From the NCBI GenBank assembly GCA_963748625.1, contig CAVVJT010000004.1:448001-512000 (forward strand): a DNA stretch of 64,000 bases. The letters run 5' to 3'. The notes beneath the pieces are model-generated. The model searched no databases and was not told where the DNA came from. It saw only the letters and a program-made list of their open reading frames with translations. Shown here in pieces: positions 33,201 through 41,113 of the stretch. The position numbers were made by a program, and so were the translations under genes. Numbering within the stretch: position 1 is the first letter of the stretch; every line of letters begins with the position of its first letter. Source of the stretch: an uncultured Chloroflexia bacterium. Its GTDB lineage: Bacteria; Chloroflexota; Limnocylindria; Limnocylindrales; CSP1-4.

Positions 33201-34948
33201 TCCAGCGCAGCCGAGAGCGCGGCGGCACGGGCGAAGGCCGCGTCGTCGAGCAGCGCCGCCTGCCGCTCGCGCGCGGCGAGCACCCCCGCCAGGGCCCCAG
33301 TCGCCGCCACGGTTGCGGGCATCGGGATACCGGCCGCAGCCGCGGCCGCCGACGCCTTCGCCCGCAGCGTCGGCAGGGCGTCCCGCGCGAGGTCCAGCGT
33401 CGCGTCGGACAGACCCTCGACAGCCGCGGCGTCCACGGGACCGGCCCATGCCCAGGGGTTCGCCTCACGCCTGAGCCGCGTGCCACCGAGCGCCATGTAC
33501 CCCCGCAGCTCCTCCTGGAGCTCCGCCAGCCGCGCGTCCGAGATGGCGTCAACGGCAGCCGGCGCAAGGCGCGTCGCGAGAACCGGGGCCTGGGCGTCCG
33601 ACGCGCGACCCAACGCGGCATACAGGCTGACACCCCACGGCGCGCGGACCTCGTTGCTCGCACGATCGTGGGTGACGAGGAGCTCACGCCGGGACGCCAG
33701 GGTCGCCTGCAGGCTGGTGGCGTCCGCAGGCATCGCGCTCCGGGCGGCCGCCAGCGCCTGGTCGAGGTTCTCGGCGAGGCGCCGCCGGGAGGACACGCCG
33801 CCGTGGAGGTCGAGCACGAGGTCGGACAGGCCGATCCGGTCGAGCCGGCCGATGACGGCGTCGATGGCGGCGCGCTTCTCCGCGACGAAGAGGACGCGCA
33901 GGCCCTTGGCGGCGCACGACGCGATGAGGTTGGAGATGGTCTGGCTCTTGCCGGTCCCAGGCGGCCCCTGGATGACCGCGTCAGACCCGCGGATGATGCT
34001 CTCGATCGCCGCCTGCTGGCTGCCGTCCGCGTCGAGCACGAGGAACTCCGCCGACGGCATGAGGCCGTCGAGGCTGCGCGGGTCCACGGTCTGCTTGCGC
34101 CCGCGCACGAGCTGCTGGGCGGCGGCATCACCCGCGATCGCGGCGACCATGTCGTGGGCGACGAGGGCGTCAGCATGGCCGGCGAGGTCCACGACCATCG
34201 GCAGCTTGAGGTAGCTGAAGTTGCCGATCACGTGCCGGTCCAGGATCGCGAAGCCCGGGACTGCGGCGGCGGTCCGCGCGACGGCCGCGACGAGTTGGGC
34301 GGTGTCGGTGGCGACATCATCCTCGTCGGCGGTGATCTCGTCGCGGATCGCGTCGAGGTCCGCCTTGACCCCGAACTGGGCCTCGAGCGCGTAGAACAGG
34401 GTCGGATTGATCTCTGGCGCGGATGCGAGGGTGAGCTCGAAGTCCTCACCGGCGGCACCCGTTGGGACGAGGGCCAGGTGGTTGAGCACGACGGGTGCCT
34501 GCGGGACGGCGACCTGGCCCGCCGGCTGCGTCCAGGTGGCCATCGCCGACGCGAGGAACAGTGTCTCGACGCCACGCTCCTCGAGGTTCTCCTTCGCCTT
34601 GTCGCGGATCTTGCGGCAGCGTCGGGCGGCGTCCCTGAGGACCGCCGGGTCCGGGTAGAGCGCGCTCAGGCGGGTCCTGGAGCCCACGAGCAGGGCGGCC
34701 ACCGCAGCGGGATCCGCGATGCCGAGATCGAGCGTGCCGACGGTCAGGTCGCGGTAGTAGAGGAGGCCGTTGCGGCCGGACAGGTCGATGAGCTGGTCGG
34801 TCCACAAGCGTGCCGCCCGCTCCACGAGGGTGCCCCGTGTGGCGGCCGGGTCCGCAACCGCCGCCCCCGCGGCTGGGAGGGTCGGCGCGGTCGGCCCCGT
34901 GGTCATGGGCGCCGGCGGCTGCGGGCTCGGCTCCTGCGGTGCGGTCAT
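30295..34948 (-). CDS. DUF4011 + SF1 (DNA2/NAM7-like) helicase + Vsr/REase-like nuclease + DUF3320-like tail; +1 frameshift near 31095
   Basis: WTDQLIDLSGRNGLL (DUF4011), QGPPGTGKSQTISN, FDLVIFDEASQ, WHYRSRDE, ERVQGDERD, RRLNVAITRA, AVECDGPTYHS..RDRLRQ..GWQFHRIWSADW. The tail continues in ORF 30295..31146. Confidence 0.88.
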
Positions 34949-34961
34949 GGGGTCGCCATCC

Positions 34962-36812
34962 TCAATCGAGGCTGGCGGTGCGGACGTGGGCGTGCGCACC
35001 GATGAAGCCCACGTGGATCTTGCCCGTGGCCCCCTTCACATCGTCATGGAAGTACAGCCGCGGCGTGAGGCGGCCCCCGCTCTCCGCGATCTTGCAGTGG
35101 GCGAGCATCTCGATCTCGCCCGACGGGTCCACCGCGGTGTCCACCTTGAACACGCGGTCCGCCCGGTACTCCCGCAGCACCGTGTCGCTCTCGTACATCG
35201 CGAGGTTGCGCGTGGTGGCGGGCCAGGCGAAGGGATGGCCGGAGTTCTCGCACCACTCCCAGAACCCGCCGTGGCCGTTGGCGGCGTGGGCGTAGGCCTC
35301 GAGCGCCCGCAGCGCCCGCCACGTTGCGCGGCCCCACGCGATGTGGCTCGGGGTGTGGTCGATCTCGTCGATGAGCTCGGTGGCGCTCGGCGGAACCACG
35401 ACGTGGCAGAGGTGCTCGCGCGCGACCCGCACGGCGTCGCTTGGCTTCTCGATCGCGTCGATCGCGTCGTCGCCAACACCCTCGTCGGGGGTGGCGAGCT
35501 CCTGCTCGGCCTGCGCGCGGGCGATCCGGACAAGGTGGGCGTCCAGCTCCTCGATCACCTTGGCATACGTCGCCGGCCGGCCCGCCGCTGCTGGCAGGCG
35601 TGCAGCGACCGGCTCGAGGACCTCGCGCAGCTTGAGGCTGCTGGGCGGGAGTCCACCCACCACCAGGGCGTCGATCGTCTCGACCAGCTTGTCGGCGTCC
35701 CGCGCGGAGCTCCTGCCCTCGCGCAGCTGGCGGACGAGGTAGTTCAGCTGCTGGTACCGCTTGCGCAGGGCGGCATCACGAGCCGCTCGGTCCTTGAGGC
35801 GGGCCAGGCCGCGATGGACGGGCTCCATAACCTCCGCGAGGTGCCCGGGATCCAGCGGATCGTCGAGGCGCATGTGCCGCGGCACGAAGATCCTCTCGCC
35901 CTTGGTGACGGTGTTGAGCCATGCGAAGGCCGCCGCCTGCTCATCATCGGGCATGGTACGCAGGGCTCCGGTCGCGATCCGCAGGGCGGACTGGACGGCC
36001 GCGAGATCCTTCACGGCCTCGGCGCGCCGGAGGCGGTCCGCCGGCTCGTAGTGGTGCAGCAGGACGATCATCTCGCAGCAGTCCGCGAGCGCATCGAGGC
36101 ACTCGGCGAAGGTGGTGACGGCATCCGCGTCCGGGTGCAGGAGGTCGGTCATCCACACCGCGGCCCCCTCCGAGCGCGCACGGTGGACGTGGCTCTCGTC
36201 AAGCGGACGCCCGGACCGGGCACGCTCCGCCACATCCCGGGCGACGCTGGCGCGCAGGCGGGCGCGGGTGACGATGCCGGGCAGGACGGCATCGGGATCA
36301 CCGGGCTCGTCGATGCGCCCGGGCGGCTGCTCGAGCGCGGCGATCGCCTCCGCGCCGGTCCCGCCGAACAAGGCTTCGACCATGGAGCCGCGCTCGGAGG
36401 CCTGGATCTCGCGCATCGCCCCCTCGACGAGCGAGAGGAACGTGGAGCGGTCCATCGGCACCGACTCGCGATCGGTCCGGCGGCGCATGGGCGCCTCGTC
36501 GGGCTGGCCGTCGGGCTGGCGGTCCGGCTCCGCGGGTGTGGCCTCGGCCCCGAGAACGTCGACCGTCCCCTCGCCCTCCTCGGGCGTGAGCAAACCCAGG
36601 ACCTGGTTCTCGGGCAGCGGGACGATCGCCTGGGCGACCTCCTGGGCGACCTCGAGCACAAGCTCGGCAGCCGCGGACTGGCGGTCGAGCGCCTCCACGA
36701 TGCCGCGGGCCAGCACCTCGAGGCCGGGCCGGAGTGCCTCATCCGCGAGGGCGAGCTCCACCAGGCGCTCGAGGGCACGGCCGATCGCCACCTGGCGCTC
36801 GAGCTCGCTCAT
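34962..36812 (-). CDS. 616-aa hypothetical protein with a helical core and a C-terminal RelE/ParE-like region
   Basis: Intact ORF ending 13 nt before the helicase start; C-terminal HCKI..PRLYFHDD..GKIHVGFIGAH motif. The domain call is inference. Confidence 0.75.
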   Translation of the reverse strand: MSELERQVAIGRALERLVELALADEALRPGLEVLARGIVEALDRQSAAAELVLEVAQEVAQAIVPLPENQVLGLLTPEEGEGTVDVLGAEATPAEPDRQPDGQPDEAPMRRRTDRESVPMDRSTFLSLVEGAMREIQASERGSMVEALFGGTGAEAIAALEQPPGRIDEPGDPDAVLPGIVTRARLRASVARDVAERARSGRPLDESHVHRARSEGAAVWMTDLLHPDADAVTTFAECLDALADCCEMIVLLHHYEPADRLRRAEAVKDLAAVQSALRIATGALRTMPDDEQAAAFAWLNTVTKGERIFVPRHMRLDDPLDPGHLAEVMEPVHRGLARLKDRAARDAALRKRYQQLNYLVRQLREGRSSARDADKLVETIDALVVGGLPPSSLKLREVLEPVAARLPAAAGRPATYAKVIEELDAHLVRIARAQAEQELATPDEGVGDDAIDAIEKPSDAVRVAREHLCHVVVPPSATELIDEIDHTPSHIAWGRATWRALRALEAYAHAANGHGGFWEWCENSGHPFAWPATTRNLAMYESDTVLREYRADRVFKVDTAVDPSGEIEMLAHCKIAESGGRLTPRLYFHDDVKGATGKIHVGFIGAHAHVRTASLD

Positions 36813-36976
36813 CGGTCACCCCCTGTGTCATCGGCCGCTGGGTGCAAGTGTGCCGGGGTCGACGGATGCGTGCAGCCCCGTCCGACCGCAATGGGTTGCG
36901 CAAACTGCCTGAACGGGCAGCCGCTCACGAAGTAGAGTCCTCGGCACCCGAGCGAGCGTGAGGTGAGGAGGCGTCC

Positions 36977-38050
36977 ATGTTCTGGCCCTGCCGTGAGATC
37001 GGTCCGAACGGGGAGCTTTGCGCCCTGGATGCCGGGCACGAGGGCCAGCACATGCCGAGACCCGCGGCGGTCGCCCCGCCGCCGGTCGCCCCAGCGCCGG
37101 TCGCCCCGCCGCCATCGGTTGCCCCTCCGCCGGCGGCCCCGCCGCCGCCTGCGTACCAGGCGCCCCAGCCCCCCGCGTTCCCCGTGGCCGGTGCCGTGAC
37201 GGGCACGCCATGGAGCGGCCCGGCCCCAGCAGGCCGCGGCAAGGGTCCCATCGTGGCGATCGGCCTCGGACTCGTCGCTGTGCTCGTGATCGGTGTCGTC
37301 GGCTTCGCGATGCTGGGCGACAGCGCAGCAGGTGACGGGGATGCGTCGGCAGACCCATCCCGGCCCGCGGTGGCCCTGCCCGGGGCGTCGGCCCTGCCCG
37401 GCGCGTCGGCCCAGGCCGGGGCCAGCGAGGATCCCGGTACACCCGGCCCGGCGCCGTCCACCGCCGTCCGCCCTATCGGCCTGCCGGGGGCCACGGGCGC
37501 GCCGACCTCGACCGCCGCGCCCTCGACGCCGGCGCCTCTGTCGACCACGTCACCGGTGCTGGGCGCCACGGCGCCGCCGACGCCCGCCCCAACCCCCAAG
37601 CCCCTCGGGTTCGGCACGCTGTCCTACTCGGGCTCGGCCTGCTTCGAGGTGGACTGGAAGGATGCGAAGGGCCGCCAGATCTCCGGTGCCGAGGCACGCT
37701 ACGCGATCACCGTCAAGAACAAGACCGGCGCCCGGACCCGCAACATCTGGATCGGCGTCCAGACGACGGACCAGTTCACCACCGACCCGCTCATCTCGTC
37801 GGCAAGCTGGAGCAAGCGGCCCAAGACGCTGGCGGACCAGACGACCCTCATCATCGCCGGGCCGCGGCTCGACACTGGCTCGACCCGGCTCAAGTGGCGC
37901 GTCTTCTACCAGACCCCGATCGACGTCCACACGCAGATCTGGATCGCACAGGGCCCCAATCCCTCGAAGGGCACCATGACCCTCGAGGAGATCAAGGCTG
38001 CCTCACCATTCGTGTGGGACGTCAAGACCAACGTGAAGGTCTGCTACTGA
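36977..38050 (+). CDS. Single-pass membrane protein with an N-terminal Cys2His2 motif and Pro-rich linkers
   Basis: CREIGPNGELCALDAGHEGQH, Pro-rich region, TM, beta-rich external domain; GAGGAGG RBS. Confidence 0.75.
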   Translation: MFWPCREIGPNGELCALDAGHEGQHMPRPAAVAPPPVAPAPVAPPPSVAPPPAAPPPPAYQAPQPPAFPVAGAVTGTPWSGPAPAGRGKGPIVAIGLGLVAVLVIGVVGFAMLGDSAAGDGDASADPSRPAVALPGASALPGASAQAGASEDPGTPGPAPSTAVRPIGLPGATGAPTSTAAPSTPAPLSTTSPVLGATAPPTPAPTPKPLGFGTLSYSGSACFEVDWKDAKGRQISGAEARYAITVKNKTGARTRNIWIGVQTTDQFTTDPLISSASWSKRPKTLADQTTLIIAGPRLDTGSTRLKWRVFYQTPIDVHTQIWIAQGPNPSKGTMTLEEIKAASPFVWDVKTNVKVCY

Positions 38051-38081
38051 GCGTGCCGGTCCCGGAGACCTCCATCCGCGT

Positions 38082-38199
38082 TGCCACTCCGGGCATCGCC
38101 AACCCGCGATATGCCCGGAGTGGCATACGAACCGCCAGAGCGCGGGAGACCGCGGAGCGGCAGAGCGCGGGAGACCGCGGAGCGGCGGCGCGGGAGACC
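38082..38199. repeat. 15-bp perfect inverted repeat followed by a 25-nt tandem repeat (about 2.5 copies)
   Basis: TGCCACTCCGGGCAT/ATGCCCGGAGTGGCA (38082-38125); CAGAGCGCGGGAGACCGCGGAGCGG at 38136 and 38161. Confidence 0.75.
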
Positions 38200-38216
38200 C
38201 GCCCCTGGCAAGGAGC

Positions 38217-38825
38217 ATGACAATGTCGGAGCACCCCGTCCACGCCTCCCCGGGCGACGGCCACCAGCACGTCGGGTCGTACGCCGATGCCGTCCGGGCC
38301 TACCGCGACAGCAAGGACGAGGCATTCCGCTCACGCCGCGACAGCCCGATCCCCGAGCCCCAGCGCGCATCGTTCACCGGACTCGCCTACTACCCGGTGG
38401 ATGAGGACCTGGTGTTCGAGGACCTGGTGCTGGAGCCATACCCGGACCCCGACACCGCCCACTTCGAGATCCTCACGACGGATGGCCGCACCCGGCTCGC
38501 CGAGCGGGCCGGACGCTTCCGCTTCCAGCTCGATGGTGGTGAGCGCGTGCTCACCGCCTACCGCCTGGCCGACGCCTCAGGCGCGCTGGCAGAGGACCTG
38601 TTCGTCCCGTTCCAGGACGCCACGACGGGTGTCGAGACGTACGGCGCAGGCCGGTACCTCGACGTGCAGGCCGAGGACGACGGGGCCTGGACGATCGACT
38701 TCAACATGGCGTACCACCCGCTGTGCGTGTACGACATGCGGTACTCGTGCCCGATCACGCCGGCCGAGAACCGGCTGCCAGTGCGGGTCGAGGCAGGCGA
38801 GCGCCTGGGTGACGTCGGCCACTGA
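38217..38825 (+). CDS. DUF1684-family protein
   Basis: LFVPFQDATTGVETYGAGRYLD..IDFNMAYHPLCVY..SCPITPAENRL..VEAGE. Confidence 0.88.
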   Translation: MTMSEHPVHASPGDGHQHVGSYADAVRAYRDSKDEAFRSRRDSPIPEPQRASFTGLAYYPVDEDLVFEDLVLEPYPDPDTAHFEILTTDGRTRLAERAGRFRFQLDGGERVLTAYRLADASGALAEDLFVPFQDATTGVETYGAGRYLDVQAEDDGAWTIDFNMAYHPLCVYDMRYSCPITPAENRLPVRVEAGERLGDVGH

Positions 38826-38837
38826 GGCCGCTGCCAC

Positions 38838-39494
38838 TCAGATCCGGGTGTGGATGAAGGTGGTGAACGGATCACCGAGTGCGTGCAGGCGGGTGATGCG
38901 GATGTCCTGGCGCGGGTTGAGGGCGCTGATGACGTAGCCCCTGCCGATGTAGATGGCGGCGTGGCGGCCGTTCCCGTAGATCACGACATCGCCGATCTGC
39001 GGGTTGCGCCGGCTGGTCAGCCCGTGCAGGCGGCCCCAGTACAGCATCCCGCGGGCGCTGTGCCCGCCGCCGATCCTCCTGCCGACGCCAGCCTTGTTGT
39101 ATGCGTAGCGGACGAGTCCGGAGCAGTCGAAGGCATTCGGGCCCACCGCACCGCTCACGTACCGGTCCCACCGCTGGCGCAGGGCGATCTTCTTGACGAT
39201 GCTGCCGCGGTCGACCGGCCTGGGGGCGACGACGGCTGAAGTGGACAGGGCCGTCGTGGCGCTGGGCGCCGGGGTCGCGCTGGGCGCGGGTGTGGCCGTG
39301 GCTGCCGGACTCGCCGACGGATCAGCGGTCGGGGCAGGCGACTCGGACGGGGCCGGAGTCTGCGACGGCGACGGCGACTCGGACGGGGCTGGAGTCGGGT
39401 CGGTTGCTGTGACAGGTGCAGCGCCGGCACCGATGCCGGCGAGCGCGATGGTGGTGGCGAGGCCAATGGCCACAATGCCGTTTGTTACCCGCAA
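38838..39494 (-). CDS. Secreted NlpC/P60 (C40) cell-wall peptidase
   Basis: Signal peptide from TTG 39494 (GAGAGG RBS), Pro/Ser/Thr linker, GPNAFDCSGLV, GDVVIY..HAAIYIG. Confidence 0.88.
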   Translation of the reverse strand: MRVTNGIVAIGLATTIALAGIGAGAAPVTATDPTPAPSESPSPSQTPAPSESPAPTADPSASPAATATPAPSATPAPSATTALSTSAVVAPRPVDRGSIVKKIALRQRWDRYVSGAVGPNAFDCSGLVRYAYNKAGVGRRIGGGHSARGMLYWGRLHGLTSRRNPQIGDVVIYGNGRHAAIYIGRGYVISALNPRQDIRITRLHALGDPFTTFIHTRI

Positions 39495-39788
39495 GTTGTT
39501 CCTCTCTACCCGGACATGGCGAGATGACGGCCATGGCGATGGGACAGGCCGGCCCGGACAGGAGGTGGGAAGCACGTCCAGTCCCCCGACGGAGACGCGC
39601 AGGAACGATCGACAGCTTGGCCGACCGCACGGCAGGAAGCCCTGCCGGGCTGGCGATATGAAGCTGGAATCCCTGACGTGTGCTTGGTTGCGGCGCGTAC
39701 CGTACCAGCGATCCGCGGATCGTGCGAGGTCGGTGCAGACCCGGGTCACCGCGATCCGCAGATCCGGTGACCGCCAGACCTGCGGCTC

Positions 39789-40123
39789 CTAGTGTCCCGA
39801 TTCGCTGGTCGCTGGCGGCGTGCGGACCGCCGCTCCGGGTCCTGTCTCCGTCCGGGTCCTGGCGCCGTCCGGCGGCGCGCCGGACGGCCACACCGTGCGG
39901 CCGGAGCGCTCGATGCGCGGCTGGTGCGCAGGTCGTGCCCTCGGGACCCTGGCGGAGCGCACGGGCGGAGCCCGGGGCGCACATCCCGCGACGTCACCGC
40001 TCCGTGTGCGCGCCGGGCGCGCACGGCAGCAGCCGTCGTGGGCGACGCCCGGTGATGCCGCTTCCGATCAGCGGCACGGGAACGGAGGGGTATCCGCCAG
40101 CCATTGGCGGCACGCGACACTAG
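39789..40123. mobile_element. Possible non-autonomous MITE-like element bounded by CTAG
   Basis: CTAGTGTCCCG...CGCGACACTAG with imperfect longer terminal inverted repeats; no plausible coding frame inside. Confidence 0.35.
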
Positions 40124-41091
40124 TCGACCTGGATCGACTCGACGATCCCGCCCAAGGCCTCCACGTTCGCGTCGTACTCGTCTCCGGCCACGCCGACCGT
40201 CTCGAGCACCAGCGTGCCCTGGTCGCCGCGGTCGATCACCACGACGACCTGGAGGACGCCCTTCTCGTAGAACCCCTCGCCCGTGTTCTCCAGCTCCCAG
40301 ACCGACGCATTCCGGTCGCCAAACGTGCCCGACTCGCTCTGCAGGACCGTGTACACCGTGGCCGTCTCGAAGTCGCCAGCCACCTCGGAGAACGGGCGTG
40401 GGTCCTCGTAGACGAGCACTGCGACAGGGGGCAGCTCGGTCTGCGGCTCGATGACGATCGGGTCGGGATCGAACAGCATGCAGGCGAAGGCAGGGTCGTC
40501 CTCGACAGTGTGCCAACCCTGGGGGTAGGTCACCGTGATGCCTGCCAGGTCCGAACGGCACACCTGGCCTGCGGGCGCGTCCGACGGGGCCTCGGTCGGC
40601 ACCTCGAACGCCGTGGGAGTCGGGGTCGGAACGATGGGCGCGAACGTGACGATGGCGGTTGTCGGCGCCGTGGTCGGCGAGGCCCCGGGCGTCGTGGCCG
40701 GGCCATCCGTCGCCCGGGCGGATGCCACCGCGACCGCGCTGGGTGACGCCGGACCACCGCCTCGGAACGGGTTGGCAACCACGAACGCCAGGGCGACGAC
40801 CGCGACGACGGCCACGATGAGCCCGACAACGACGAGCGGGCCACGGCCCCGACCATCGGCGGGCTGCGGAGGAGGACTCCACCCCTGCGCCGGGACATGC
40901 ACCGGCGGAGGAGCAGGTTGGAGTGACACCGGAGGCGGACCCCAGCCCGGGCCGCCGACCGGAGGTGCAGGCGGTGGGGCGGCCGGTGCAGGCGCGATGG
41001 GTCCCACCGGCGCCCCGCAGACCTCGCAGAACCGCTGGCCCGCGATCGTGGCGGAGTGGCCGTTGGCACAGGCGTAGCCGGGTCCTGTCAT
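40120..41091 (-). CDS. Zinc-ribbon single-pass membrane protein
   Basis: CANGH..FCEVCG, Pro-rich region, TM, external domain starting GITVTYPQGW (PsbP-like pattern). Confidence 0.75.
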   Translation of the reverse strand: MTGPGYACANGHSATIAGQRFCEVCGAPVGPIAPAPAAPPPAPPVGGPGWGPPPVSLQPAPPPVHVPAQGWSPPPQPADGRGRGPLVVVGLIVAVVAVVALAFVVANPFRGGGPASPSAVAVASARATDGPATTPGASPTTAPTTAIVTFAPIVPTPTPTAFEVPTEAPSDAPAGQVCRSDLAGITVTYPQGWHTVEDDPAFACMLFDPDPIVIEPQTELPPVAVLVYEDPRPFSEVAGDFETATVYTVLQSESGTFGDRNASVWELENTGEGFYEKGVLQVVVVIDRGDQGTLVLETVGVAGDEYDANVEALGGIVESIQVD

Positions 41092-41113
41092 CTGGATCTC
41101 CAGCGGACTGGCG

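Noticed and set aside
39495-39710. c-di-AMP (ydaO) riboswitch before NlpC/P60
   Set aside because: It lacks the GCCGAATCC, GGGGTGAATC and CCGTCAGCTAAC elements.
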